From assembly GCA_965112735.1 (NCBI GenBank), contig OZ218953.1:3534001-3598000 (forward strand): 64,000 nucleotides of DNA, in the 5' to 3' direction. The notes beneath the pieces were generated by a model, which saw only the letters and a program-made list of their open reading frames with translations, searched no databases and was not told the origin of the DNA. A program made the translations under genes and the position numbers. This document shows positions 50,701 to 63,289 of the stretch, in pieces (within the stretch, counting starts at the first letter, position 1; each line of letters opens with the position of its first letter). Source of the DNA: Phaeosaccion multiseriatum (lineage: Eukaryota; Protista; Ochrophyta, other classes).

Positions 50701-53211
50701 TACTGTTGCCCATCGCGTCGAGGCCATCTCCGGCAGGAGGCGTGAGCCCCTCCCCAGCGCCCTCCAGCACCACTTCCAGCACCTACAGAGGGAAGGGGGG
50801 GATGGGGGGGGTAGTATAGGATGTTACTCGACAACAGGAGAGACAGGCACGAGAAAGAGGGAGAGAGAGAGGGAGAGGGAGAGAGCGAGAGCGAGAGAGC
50901 GTCCCCGCAGGCAGACATTGAGGGAGCGCCTGTCCACTCGCTCCTCCACTCCTGCACTCCTTCACTCCCTTTCTCGCTTACCTCGAGCACATGCTGGGCC
51001 TCCAAGGAGGCGTGTGGAGGCGCCTTCTTGTGCAGCGGCAGCAGCTCCCCGCACAGGGCAGCGAGGTCCACAGAGCCCTTCACCAGCTGTCGCGTCTTGG
51101 CGCCCTGGGCGAAGCACACGAGCAGCCGTAGGCCCAGATGTTGCACCGGCTGTTGAGGTGGGTGGGTGGGCGACACGAAGAGGGATACGCACGGGCACAT
51201 GCACACAGAGAGACAGAGGGGCTTGGCTCAGCTCAACAGAGAGTACCTGTACTTGCAGCTGAGAGTAACTGTACTTGCACTTGACCGTCTCAAACGCATG
51301 CAACAGCCAATCCGCGCACTCCGACACGGTTTTAGTTAGCGCTCGCGCACTCTCAAACACCGTCACCATTGGACCCCCACGCCACCCAAAGCAAACACCC
51401 CAACAATCCAGGCCCCAGGCCATCACCCAAGCTGCCCCCCTCCTCCCCTTTGGTCCGACTCGGTGCCTTAGACCCCCCCCCTCCCCTCTCTACACGCCTA
51501 GCATTCCCCCTACCTCCACCCAACCCCCCCCTCCCCCTGTCCTCACCGGCGCCTCCACGCCGTCCCTGAGTGCCTTGGCCGTGATCCACAGCCCCCCGTA
51601 GTGAGCGCTCCTCTCGCACTCTTGTTCAGACGCCTCCACCACCTTCAACACGCCGCTCAGGCAGTCCTCCAGCAGGAACACGTTGCCTTGTGTCTAAAGG
51701 GGAAGGGGAGGAAGGGAGTATAGACAGGTAGGGAGAGGCGAGGAAAGGGGAAATGGGGGAGGGGTCGTGAGGTGGCGGAGGCGGAGGAAAGGGCAAGCGC
51801 TTGGTTGTATATGAAACGGCAATGTGACGCATCTGCTGCCTTCTTCTGGCCGCACACGGTGTGTGGACTTGATACTTACGCTCTCCAACATCTTGAAGAT
51901 TGTCCGCACGTGCTGCTTCTGCACCACGGGCAGCGCGAGGCTGGAGGGCGCAATGGGAGGGGCTCTGCCGCCGGCGCTGCTGTTGGCGGGGCCGTGCGCC
52001 TCCTTCCCGTCCTCCTCCCCCTCCTCGCGCACCCTGTCCGGCAGCCCTGCGCTTTGCCTGCGCCGGAGCTCTTCCTCGGAGCGCTCCTGAGCCGCTTCTA
52101 TTTCGCTACAGGACAGAGGTAGTGGGGGGGGGGGGGGGGCGGAACACTTCCTGAGTGGCTGCTGTGGGGCCGAAAGGGGAAAACACAGAGAGCCGAAGGA
52201 GGCTTCAGGATAGGCGGAGACGAAAAGGACGGAGTTGTACGTACTTACGCACCTTCTCTCTCGTAGCAACTTCTGCCTCGCCTCCCAGCCCTTCTTCTGG
52301 TAGAAGTGCAGCGCTTGCTTGCGCGCCTCCTCTCCTCCGTCCTCGACATCGGCGTCGGAGTCTCCGCCATCTTCGTCGCCATGACTAGGGTGGGGGTGCA
52401 GGGCCTGCTTCCGGCTCTTCTCTCTCTTGTACCGCTGCCGCAGCGCCTTTCTCAGCTCGCGCGCCTCCACCGCCCTCTCCTCCCTCAGTCGGTCCAGGCT
52501 CCTCTGCTGCTCCATGACAGCGGAGCGCTGCGTGCGGGCCGCAAAGCTCGGGCAGTGTGTGGTGAAGTGCTGCCGGTCGCCGCAACACGTCCACAAGCCA
52601 GTGCGTCTGCACTTGATTCCCGCCACCATCTCCGTCTGAATCCAATGTCCCGTGTGCATGAGCCACGGAGAGGGCATGCTGCTACCCATGGCGGTGGAGG
52701 AAGAGAGGGAGGAGGACGGCTGGGCCAGAGGCCTCGCGGTAATGTACTCTTTGCCTCTAGTGCGCTGCGGGGATGTCGGGGAGAGGGAGGAAGACCCCAG
52801 CGACGATGACATATCATCGCTGTCGTCGTCCGACCCGTGGACGGTGTCTCCATCCTCTCTCAGCTCCCTCTCTATTCTCTTTCGTCGCTTCTCCTCTCGC
52901 TCTCTCCTCCTCTCCTCCCGCTCGGCTTGGCGCTTGGCACGCTCCTCCGCCACTCTCGCTTCCTCCAGCCGGAGCCGCTCCTCCTTGTTCTCCTTCCTCA
53001 CCGCGAGCGCCTCGCACAGCACTCCCGCCCTCTTCCGGGACAGCGCCTGAAGCTCCTCCGCAGTCCACTTCTTCTTGGCCGGGGCAGCTCCTGGCGGCCT
53101 CGGCCTCTTGCCGGGGGAGTGCGATTTGCCATCCTGAAAGTCCAGGTGGTGGTGGTGCGCGTAGTGCAGATCATCCTTGAGGCGAGTCGGGCTCAGGCCC
53201 TCCTTCCTCAT
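47788..53211 (-). CDS. Multi-exon protein of unknown function: coiled coil, BTK-type Zn-motif-like segment, ARM-like helical repeats
   Basis: Long first exon from ATG 53211. HTGHW..LWTCCGD...HCP. Downstream exons with helical-repeat character (QHLGLRLLVCFA, TVLHTMKRLLGETELQVQGAQMMWTL). GT-AG boundaries such as intron 48019-48900. Internal structure approximate. Confidence 0.65.
48228..48884. repeat. Perfect (CCT/AGG)n microsatellite, ~219 units, intronic
   Basis: Uninterrupted run of about 657 bp inside intron 48019-48900. Confidence 0.97.
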
Positions 53212-53516
53212 CAAGAGAGAGAAGAGAGAGAGAAGGGAAGAATGAAATAAAGCCCCCCGGATTCCTAATTTCCATTTTTCAATCAATTTTGTAACCCCCC
53301 TTTTGTTGACTTACTAAGTTTCCTAAGGGAGGAGAGAGCCGGCCTCAAACAAAAAGCCAACAAAAACCCTTGCTAACCCCCTTCCCGAGTGGCAAAGGGG
53401 AGACAGCGGACTCGGAGTCCTTGAGATCCACACCCGCTTCCCCCCCTGTGCCTGCGGCGGAGTAGATAAAGAGGAGCCGTTTTTTTGTGGCGGAGCGGAG
53501 AGCGGCTCGAGAGAGA

Positions 53517-54965
53517 ATGAAGCTCGGCTTGGCGTGTGCGGTGGTGTCTGCGGTGACCCTCCAGGCTTCGGGCTTCGTCGTTCCGTCAGGACTCGTTGGT
53601 CTTCGCCCCTCTGCGCCGAAGGTAGATCAGAGGAGCGCAAGCGCGAGAAGAATTGGGCAGCTCTCGATGGTGTCCTCCTTCCCGGAAGCGGGTCCCGAAG
53701 ACTGGCGGAGCGACGCGGCCAAGTGGGGCGTGGGGATGGCCAAGGGAGCCATGGATCAGGTGTTCGCTGGGGAGGGCCGAGACTACGCTCGCTTCTACGC
53801 GCTGGAGGTGATCGCGCGAGTGCCCTACTTTTCGTACCTGACGGTGCTGCACCTCTATCAGTCGCTTGGGCAGCGCGGCAAGGCCAAGGTGCTCAAGACG
53901 CACTTCGCAGAGACCTTCAATGAGGAGGTAGGTGGGTGGGTGGGTGGGTCAACGTGGGTGTATGGGCGGTGGTCACTTTCCACTGCCGTCGTGATCGTTC
54001 CGTCTAGGGCATGCACACCCTAGCATTGTCCCCCGCGCATGCCCAGACATATCTATGCCCAACTCACCAGAGACTGTCTGTATGACTATATGTCTGTCTG
54101 TGTCCCTCCCCTCTGCGCGGCCCAGATCCACTGCGAGGTGATGGAGGAGCTGGGGGGCAGCATGCTGTTCAAGGACCGCTTCTTCGCGCAGCATCTCGCG
54201 GTGGGCTACTTCTTCCTCGGTAAGCAAAAGGCGGGAGCGTATGGGGCAAGCAGGCAGGCCGGGGGGGGCGGGGGACTCGAAGCGAGTGCCGCGGCCCTGT
54301 CTGAAGGTCTTCTTTAAACATTCCTTCTCCCCTGCTGGGTTGGCGGCCTGCTTACTTGTCGTCTACCCCCCCCCCCCCCCCTTGGCCCGCTCTCCCCTGC
54401 GTCTCAGCGATACTACTGTACCTACTCAACCCGACGGTGGCGTATCACCTCAACCAGCACGTAGAGGAGCACGCTTTCCTCACGTACGACGCCTTCCTGA
54501 AGGAGAACGGGGAGGAGCTCAAGAAGCAGCCTCCCCTGGCCCTCGCCAAAGAGTACTACGAGAAGGGTGAGTGGTCGGACATGGGAGAGGGGGAAAGGGA
54601 GGGAGGCAAATAACCCGATACGAAACTCGCTTGAGGTGTGTCCTCTCCGGTATGTATTACTTGTTGTCATACCGTAAGAGGCTGGGGGCCAGAGCGGAAG
54701 GCGTATGGGCACAACCAACGCGTGACTGCTCTCGCCTCCAGGCCCGCGGCTTCTGACCGTTGCCTGGTCTCCCCCACCCCCCTCTCCTACCGCAGACGAG
54801 CTGTACTGCATGAACAGCTTGCTCTGCGGCAGTGGAGAGGAGCGGCGCAGACCCCAGATCGAGTCCCTATATGACGTTTTCGATGCCATCCGGGCAGACG
54901 AGATGGAGCACGTAAAGACCATGGTGCACCTGCAAAAGCTCAGCAGCGCCGACGGCTGGAAGTGA
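53517..54965 (+). CDS. PTOX: Plastid terminal oxidase (AOX/PTOX family), four exons, bipartite plastid-targeting presequence
   Basis: MKLGLACAVVSAVTLQASG-FVVP presequence. RDYARFYALEVIARVPYFSYLTVLHLY, HFAETFNEEIH, DRFFAQH, AYHLNQHVEEHAFLTY, LYDVFDAIRADEMEH; diiron ligands intact. Confidence 0.93.
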
Positions 54966-55448
54966 AAGTGACGCAGCAGCAGGAGGAGAAGGAGGAAGGG
55001 AGGGAAGAGGAGCATGGCAGCATTCTTTTGTATCTTACGTGTAAATTTTGTTCTCTAGTTGGTTTTTGAGTAAGCCGTTCTTAGCGAGCACTGGTTGTTC
55101 GCAAGTCCGCACTCACGCTCGGGAAGTTATATGTACATCCCGTTTGGACTTCTTGGTTTGGGAGTCACACGGCACGCGAGTGCTCTCATCGCCCGCCCCC
55201 CCGTGCTCCATTCCGAAGAAGCACTTATTTTTGGTCCCCAAGTGGGAAAGCTCCATCGCCCCGTCGCCGGCCAATACTACCGAGGGCGGCCCATGATCTT
55301 ACCCACATGCGTCCCCAGCGTAAAATGTTTGTTACTGTAACTCTCAGTAATTCATAAATCTCTACATAACCCCTATCCCCTGTTCCTTGTAAACAGCCGC
55401 CAAGAACCCCATCGAAGGCCACATAGGCAGACATCCCTGCATGCCTCT

Positions 55449-56975
55449 CTACTCCTCCGCCTCCAGTCCCCCGCCCTGCACTCCTGACCCTGCGCCTCCC
55501 GTGACGAGGCGATGTACAGACGGTGTGACAGAGATGGTGGCCACGAGTCGCAGCGGCTCGGCCAACTTGGTGGCGACCCACGCCATGGCGAGTTGCTTAA
55601 TCTGGGGGTGCGCACTCAGCGCGTGTATGCACGCTGCCCGCGCATCCTCGCTGAGAGGGAGCTTGCACAGCACAATCTGCGCAGCCAGGGCCAGTCGAGA
55701 GAAGACGAAAGAGAGGGCATGGCATGTCAGCACTCAGATGCAAGAAGGCGTCGTGTCGAGTGAAGCACAGAGGCAGTCAGCAGTGCGCTGCTCTCCGTCC
55801 GTCCCTTGCCGAGCTCCGGAGGCAGACCCCGGTGCCCAGAGTCGGGCTCTTGCCTCGCTCGTGTCTGGGCCCCCTGTTTTGCCCACGGATAGGGCACTTC
55901 TTTTGGAGACGCCGCGCGCCCCCTCTCGGGATCAAATCCCCCCCCTCAGCGTCACGCACGCACACACGCACGCACCTGTATGTCCTGGTCGAGGAAGGCC
56001 AGCAGGTTGAAGCCTGCCTCAGCCGTGGGTGCAGGTACGGACACCACGGCAGCTTCTGCAGCTACTGCTACTGCTTGCGATACCAGGTCTCCTGCTTGCG
56101 AGACAAGGTCACCAGCAGCACCACCAGCCGCTGCCAAATCGTTGACCGCGGTTGCGACGGGCGACGCCACCAGGTCTGCTGTGGTCAACGTGGTTTGAGC
56201 CGCTGCTGCAGGGAGGAAGACGGTCAGCCCTGTGTAGAGGAAAAGGAGCGTCAAGACGTCTGCGGCCGACGCATCGACGACGACGACGTTACAGCAAAGA
56301 GAAAGAGAGACAAGAGACAAGAGGGAGAGGGGGGGGGGGGGAGAGAGAGTCAAACAAAAGAGACAGAGGAAGAGCGGACAACGTCAGGGCCTCACTTCAG
56401 CCTTTCTCCGACTCCAAGTATCAATCGTTTCATCCGCACGTGCCAGTCAAGGCGTCACACGCGCTGTCCCTCTCCATGGTCAACTTACAGATTGACAGGT
56501 AGGTGGCCACGCCTATGCCGCCGTACATCTTTAGAAACTCTTTAGGGTTAGCCTTCTTCTCCACGACCCCCACTCCGTCGTCTCCGGTGCCATCGGTGGT
56601 GGTACTGCTGCGCTCTATGCCCCCCTCCCCGCCATTGGTGTGACCCCTCGTCCGTCTCCTCCTCCTCCTCCTCCTCTGATCAGCTCCACGTTCCGCCGTT
56701 CCCGGCTCTTGCTCTTCCCGTGACTCTCCAATTAAGCTCAGCTGGCTCGTCGGCCGGCTCCGCCTCCTCCTCCCACCAGAACTCGCCACCCATGCACTTG
56801 GCGCCCGACCACTTGTCAGCATGCACCTCCTACCACTCCCCGCTTCCCCCCTCTGCTGTACCACCCGCACACCTATTGAAGACTGCAAGCACAGCGACAT
56901 TGCAGGTTTCAAGTCTAGTAGCAACAGCCCCAATCCTGCTGCGGCCACTCTCTCCCTTCGACCAGGGGCCCTCAT
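55449..56975 (-). CDS. DUF1279/FAM210-like membrane protein. Exons 56975-56489, 56259-55975, 55676-55449
   Basis: Spliced KEFLKMYGGIGVATYLSIYVLTLLFLY and LAMAWVATKLAEPLRLVATISVTP match the DUF1279 pattern. Confidence 0.75.
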
Positions 56976-57404
56976 CTTGATTAAAAATGCAGAGTGACGC
57001 ACCCCAAAAAGACCCCTCCTCCTTCCTCAGACTTCCTCTACACCCTTCCCTCGTTTCTATGCAGTGCGTGCACTGATACTGCTTAGAAGCTACAACTGTA
57101 TGGCCGCTGTAAAAAAGAAAAAAGATGAGGAATAGTGGATGACGTCCATTCCACCAATATGTCAACGTGTGGGCGTGCGTGACAGAGTGGCACACCGGAT
57201 GGCACCGGATGGCAATGACCACGAAAAAAAAACGCCAACAAAGCGCCAAAATGTTGTAACAAAGGAGCCTCGGAATTGAGGGACAGAGGGGGGCCTCTGA
57301 GCCCGGGAGGATCTTCGGAAGTAGCAGTGGGGTGGGAAGACAAAACAGAGAGGCCCAGAGGAGGGAAAATACAGCAGAGAAAAGACCAGAGTTTGGCGAC
57401 AAAG

Positions 57405-58240
57405 ATGGGGGGGGTGCGCAGGCGGAGGGCTGGGGAGGGGCCAGGAGGGGCCAATGAGAGGGGCAAAAGGGGGGCGTTCGGAGGATCCGCGCCACCCCTG
57501 CAGTTCCTCACGACGCGTGACAAGATGAGAACCTACGTGCCCTCGGTGGAGCACGACGAGTCGTGCCAAGGTCGCACTCTGACTGGCAAGCAGCTGCTCG
57601 TGGCCAAGAACCGAAACCCCATGATCAGCCAGGTGGTGCGCAGTGACGTTCAGAGGACGGAGAAGTTCTCGGGAAGTGAGAACATTGCCAAGCGACTCAT
57701 GGCCAAGAACAAGGCCCTCCTTCGGAGCACCAAGCGCATGGTGGGGCTGGAGAGGGACAGTCTCGTGCCATCCACAAACGCAGGATCAACGAAGGCTCGG
57801 CGAAGGAGCAGGACGTCAGATCCTGCTGCGAATGAGAGGGGTGGTACAGTGACTTCCACGAGCGTGCTGAGCAGCGCGGGCGGCGGCGGCGGTTGTCTGG
57901 CCCCGTCCTCGGGCAGCTTCGGCAGCCCCCACCCCAACGGGCTGCATCTGAGTGGAGGCCTGCGGGCCGGCCCGCCCCAAAACAAGCCAGAAAAGCGGGA
58001 GAAGGTGGACCCCAATGTGAGCCCCATGCTTGCTCCGTACCGGGGAGGCTCGACCACCGGGCAGGTGGTGACGTTTGGGCATCGGCCCAGCTCTGCCTCG
58101 AGGGTGTTCAACCCCTGCACCATGTCCATGGCCAAGATCACAGGCATGGGCGCGCGGAGGCAGGTCCTGTCTGTCACCATGCTCAAGGATATTCTGCACG
58201 GAGAGACGGAGGGCGTCTTGGTCGGGCACCAGCGGCAGCT

Positions 58241-58273
<33 letters not shown>

Positions 58274-59214
58274 AGAGGAGCAGGACCAGCAGCAGCACCG
58301 CTACGGCCGGGGCAACGATGGCATGCGCGAGGAGTATGAGAGAGCGCAGAGGGGGAGCGGGCATTTGGGCATGGGGTCCGTGGTGTCAGGAATGACGGGG
58401 CCTGGGCCGGACGCCCCGCACTACGATGAGCGCTACTCGGAGCGGCGGGAGGGTGTGGATGAGGATGAGCAGGACGAAGAGGAGAAGGGACTCACGGACT
58501 TCCTGGACGAAGCCGTGCAGGAGCGAGATCAGTGCCAGAGGCAGCACACGAGGAGCGACAGAGGAGGAGCATCGGGGCGGGTGGAACGCGTGTCTGCCGG
58601 TACCGGCTTCAACCACAGCCGGCAGAGCTCGCGGCGGGGCAAGGCCAAGACCACGGGCACGGACAGCGGGGCGTACCCGGACACGCAGCGGCAGCTCCGG
58701 CGCATCATGCGGCGGGGGAGGGACAGCTGGGACCAGTCCTGCTACTTCCACGCCCACCTCACGCAAAAGAAGTTCGCGGAGCACGTTATGTACCGCCCCG
58801 ACCCAGGTAAGGTGGAGCGCAAGAGGGTAGCCTCTGTCTGCTTGAGCCTGTAACCCCAACCCCCCCATCCCCGCTCACCGTACCCCACCCCCCCTCTATA
58901 CCGCTGATACAGCCGAGCGCCTGATGGACAAGATCCGACGCCACGAGCGGGAGGCCTCCGGCTTGGCGAACCGTAAGGACGAAGCCCTCCTCAGAGACGT
59001 CAAGGACGTAGGGGGCATCGCCGCTCAGCCGGGCTGCGAGTGGCACCCTTCACCCGAGGAGAAGGTGGCCCTCACGCCCCGCACGCTGCAGGCCAACCAG
59101 CGAGTAGCGAGTCTGCTGAGGGAGAGAGAGCGCAGGGACCTGGAGCTGAGCAGGAGGGTGCACGAGTACGACACAAAGGCCACCCTCCAGGGCATTCCGC
59201 CGTCGGAGAGGTGA
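57405..59214 (+). CDS. Hypothetical protein (exons ~57405-58806, 58913-59214); start and 3' end uncertain
   Basis: Long ORF joined in frame across GT-AG intron 58807-58912. Contains polyQ. A possible further donor lies at 59211. Confidence 0.6.
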
Positions 59215-59979
59215 GATGCATCTATTTCGCTTGTGAGGCCCACATGTACAAGGGCCAACCCCGTATCGCCGTCGGTGCCGGCACCCTGCGCGAAGCAAAG
59301 AGAATCCTATGCCCCGCTACTGCCCCTCTCCTCCTGCTGAACTCTGACCCCTGACCCCGCTGCCCCTGCTCCTCCTTCCCCTCTCGATCTGCGCCGGACA
59401 AACTCGACTCATCACTCCATCACCGTATGTGAAGGCGGTATCGGGAGGCGCAAGCCATCGCGCGAGCGTACCCGTGAGGCAAGGCCTTACGACGTTGTAG
59501 TAAAAGTAGTAAAAAGAAGACAGAAAGAAGGGAAGGGAAAAAGAAGATCGGCCCCAGGCGAGGTTTCTCTGGCCCCTGATAGGCAGAAGCCAGAGGTCGG
59601 CCTGCGGCCGAAAGCAAGAAGCCAGGGGCTGGGCCTGCGGCTTCAGAAGCCAGCGAGCCCCCCCCCCCCCCATTATTGTTTTTTCGTTCTCCCAGCCTGA
59701 TGAGAAGCCAGAAGCCAAAGAAAAGAAAGGGATGAAGAAAAAAAGAAAAAAGAAAAGTCCGACGGCAGATGGCAGCCTACGTAATGTCTCCCGAAACTCC
59801 TGGTAATAAAGAGTTGTACAGAGCTGTTTGTATTGTGCTGTCCTTTGGCAAGCTGGCTTTGTTATGCTTCTCCTTACAAAACCGTTTCCGCTTTTTACAG
59901 TCCGAAGGGAGAGGAAGTAAGGTCTCTCTTTGGATCAACCCTTTGTAGAGGGTGTGGGTGAGGCCCAGGTGGAGGTGGA

Positions 59980-61380
59980 ATGGCGGACTCTGTGGCGGCT
60001 GAGCTCAATAGCATGCTGGGACACAAGGAAGATGTGCGTGCGTGGAATCCCCAGCCTACGAAATGGTTGGCGAGTCCTCCCCTTAAGCATCGCAAGTGCA
60101 GCCGCAGAATCTCTACAGGAACGCTGTCCGGCAGTGCCGCGTACTTGGGGCGGGGGGAACGGGAGAGGGAGAGGTACCAGCAGGAGGAGCAGCAGCGACG
60201 GAGGAGCTTGCCTCCCGGAGTGCAGCCCATTCCAGGGATGAACGACCGCTCCGAGTGGAGGAGCAGCAGGAGGAGCAGCAGGAAGCGCTCTACCACTTGG
60301 AGTCCGAGCAACAACCTGCAGGAGGGGGGGATCTTTGCGAGACGCCCCTCGTTCGGAGGAAGATGTGCACTAGGGTTTGAGGTACATGATGAGGAGAGAA
60401 GTCATCCTGGCGAGGAGGACACTGTGGGTCTCTACAGCAATCAGATGGCGAGACGCGTGCGAGAGAGCAGGAAGAGGGCAGGGGCAGGGGCGGGAGGCGG
60501 CGCGAATGGGCAAGGGGGGGGGTGCGCAACTATGAGTGGGACGACGCTGCTGGCAGAGGGGATGGCCACGGCTCTTGCCTGGGCCACCAGTGCAGCTGCC
60601 GCAGCTGAGGCTACCACAGGTCCCGCCCCGGAGCAACGGGTGGAGGGGACAGCAGGCCCAGGAGAGGGCTACGAGGACCTGGTATCGAGGAGCGCCATAC
60701 CGGCTTGCCAGAGCAAATACCTGAGGAGTAAATCTCTGCTACGCTCTCCCTCGCTTGAGAGCAGCTGCACCCTAAACAGCTACGGCTCTTTCGCAGAAAC
60801 GCCCTCAATACCGCCCTCCGTACACATGGATTTGTCGCAGCATCAACGAAGTGTGGGGAGTGCAGACATCAACCTCAACCCCAGCACGTCAGGGGGTGGT
60901 CCTACGCTTGGAGCCCCCGGTGGGATATCAAGCCTCTACGGCGCGACAGACGCCCGAACCAGGACGAGTCCAGACAGTCTACTGCGGGAAATTTCGGCGT
61001 ACGGGTGCGAGCTGATCAGCAACCGGCCTGTAGAGCACTTCCACAACTTCCAGGCCAGGGGCAAGAGCCGCCTCAGCACGGCCCAGTCCAGAAGAAGGTC
61101 GGGCGGAGCGGGAACCACTACTGCGGATAATGGTATGGGCGTCAGGGGGGGCTGTCGCACAGCAGCAGGAGGACGAGGGCAGGGGGGTGCGCGAGAGGGG
61201 CGTCTCTTGGCATTGACGCTGGATACCACGGCGCTCCTTCGGGGGGGTTCGGTGACCACAGAGGGGCTTCCCGGCGGCGGCCACAGCGCCGACGCTTTCC
61301 ATGTGTGCAAGATGCGGAAAGAGGGCTCGTCCTGCGCCGTGTGCAGCGCCGTTGAGAAGCCGCCCAAGGGCTGGAGCTAG
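59980..61380 (+). CDS. Hypothetical Ser/Gly-rich protein, 466 aa, with C-terminal HxC..CxxC
   Basis: Uninterrupted ORF with no recognisable domain. Confidence 0.55.
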   Translation: MADSVAAELNSMLGHKEDVRAWNPQPTKWLASPPLKHRKCSRRISTGTLSGSAAYLGRGERERERYQQEEQQRRRSLPPGVQPIPGMNDRSEWRSSRRSSRKRSTTWSPSNNLQEGGIFARRPSFGGRCALGFEVHDEERSHPGEEDTVGLYSNQMARRVRESRKRAGAGAGGGANGQGGGCATMSGTTLLAEGMATALAWATSAAAAAEATTGPAPEQRVEGTAGPGEGYEDLVSRSAIPACQSKYLRSKSLLRSPSLESSCTLNSYGSFAETPSIPPSVHMDLSQHQRSVGSADINLNPSTSGGGPTLGAPGGISSLYGATDARTRTSPDSLLREISAYGCELISNRPVEHFHNFQARGKSRLSTAQSRRRSGGAGTTTADNGMGVRGGCRTAAGGRGQGGAREGRLLALTLDTTALLRGGSVTTEGLPGGGHSADAFHVCKMRKEGSSCAVCSAVEKPPKGWS

Positions 61381-61701
61381 CGGCTGGCGACAGAGACGGC
61401 CGGTAGCGCTCTTGCTCCGCCTACATGGCACGTAGAGAAGATAGTGAGGATAAATCTATCGATTCTATTTACAAACGGCCAGCTGCTCGTCACTGCCGCG
61501 TGTCGCCCCTACTCCTCGGCGGCAAACTGCCAACTGCGTGCAGAGAGAAAGAGAGAGAGTGTCGCTTTCTGCGGGCTGCAGGCCCTCCTGCGCTCTCATT
61601 CAGTCGCCGCCCTAGCCCTCCCCTATAGTTGCACTCCTTCCTCACGGCAGCTTTCTCTCCCGCCTCTCAGCCTGCCTCCCCACGGCGCAGTAGCCTTGGG
61701 C

Positions 61702-63048
61702 TCAAACCATGCGCTTCACCTCGAAGAACTGCCGTATATATCCCACCTGCCACCAGGCCAGGCCCACGAGGATGACCGCCTCGGACACGTTCCACCACAT
61801 GAGGCGTGTGGCCGTGGACTCGGCCGTGACGCGATGCATCTCCTCCATGACGTCCATGTTCTTCTGGTGGTCGATCATAGTCTCCAGGCCCTCCATCAAG
61901 GCCTCTGCGCTCTCCACCATCTTCCTCACCTGTCATGCGAGAAAAATAGGGGAGTTGAACGTACGTGTGTGTGTGTGTGCTGTTGCTGCTGCTGCTAACC
62001 GCCCTTGGCGTGAGACACAAAGGCGCTTGGAGAAGGGGGCGACCGGAGCCTACACAGCACACCCAGGTGGGCCTGAGGGGGAAGCCCCTGTCGTACCCTC
62101 TTCCTTTCCCTACCTACCTTCTGGGGCAAGTCTCCTTCCCCGCTGATGACGGGGTGGTCTTCTGGGTCTAACCCTGCCACGCGAAAGGCAAAGCCGAACT
62201 TCCTGAGGGGGCAACACGCGGAGATAATTCGCTTAGTTATGGGACCCATCTGAGTCGCGTTCCTTCTTCTTTGGCTGAGGGTTGCCCCATCGCCTGTGAG
62301 GGCGTCCACCCGCTCCCCACAGCCTTCTCGAAAGATAGGCTTTGTCGTAAACAAACCCTTTTTTTGTCTCTGCCTCCCCTACCCTACCTGGACTCTTCAT
62401 CTTCGATGTTCTCCCGTCCATTGTGAATGCAAAACTCATAGCGTCCATCCTTGCCCACGTCGTGCGTGAAGGAGCCTTCATTCTCTCCAACTGTGCGCAG
62501 GCAAACAAAAACAAGTGAAAGGGGTCTCTTAGCGCAGTATAGCAAAAGCGAGCGCAGTCCACAAAGTGAAGCAGCAAAGCACGAAAGGCTTCCCCCACCT
62601 TTTTCGTAAATGGGCGTGTCGCCGTGTTCTTCCAGGGAGAGCGTCACTCTGACGGGGTGAGACGAAACTCCTACGCTAAGCAGCTCGAAATTGCCTCCTA
62701 GAGTCATGGAGACTCGCGCTGGCAAGATGTAACATTCCCTGACAGGCAGGTAAGCAGGCAGGAAAGCAGCAGACAAGGAGGGAGGTAGGCAGGTGATAGC
62801 TGAGCAACGAGCAACGAAGAACACCACCCCGCCCTGGCTCCGCTTCGCACTGATTGAGACAGAGACAGAAGCGGAGTGGGAGTAGGTAAAGGGCTTGGAG
62901 TCGTGCTTAAGCGGGTCTCTTCAAATCTTCTCCTTCCTTACTTGCTTCCCGCCTCAATCTCCACAGACAAGCCTTGCACGAGATGTTGCACGAGCGCTAA
63001 TACAACTACAACCAGAACGGCGCGTGGCCCCCAGCGTAAGCGCACCAT
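61702..63048 (-). CDS. p24/TMED (emp24/gp25L) cargo receptor, p24-beta-like, multi-exon
   Basis: Signal peptide. GOLD domain KECY..GRYEFC. Coiled coil followed by HRVTAESTATRLMWW, TM helix and tail YIRQFFEVKRMV*. Confidence 0.9.
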
Positions 63049-63080
63049 CGAGGGGATAAGGGGGGGCCGGATGACATTTA

Positions 63081-63121
63081 ATTGACTTAATAGGAATCAC
63101 CTAAGAAACTGAAAGTGTGAA
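63081..63121. repeat. 41-bp dispersed repeat, copy 2
   Basis: Identical to 22520-22560. Confidence 0.9.
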
Positions 63122-63289
63122 TGTGCGTTGGAATCGTCTCTGTGTCTCCGGGGCCCTCGAGGGGCCGGTTACTACCCCTCTTGGTCGGGGAGAGGGAGTG
63201 CAGGACCAGCTCCGCGGTTGAGCCGACCCAGGACGGCGCGCTCTCGCTCCGAGAGCCACATCTGGTGGCTGCAGCTGACGAGAACACCT

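Noticed and set aside
59474-59501. Hairpin gtgaggc-aag-gccttac followed by GTAG, resembling a Helitron 3' end
   Set aside because: The end is not CTRR, and no 5' end or second copy is visible in the window.
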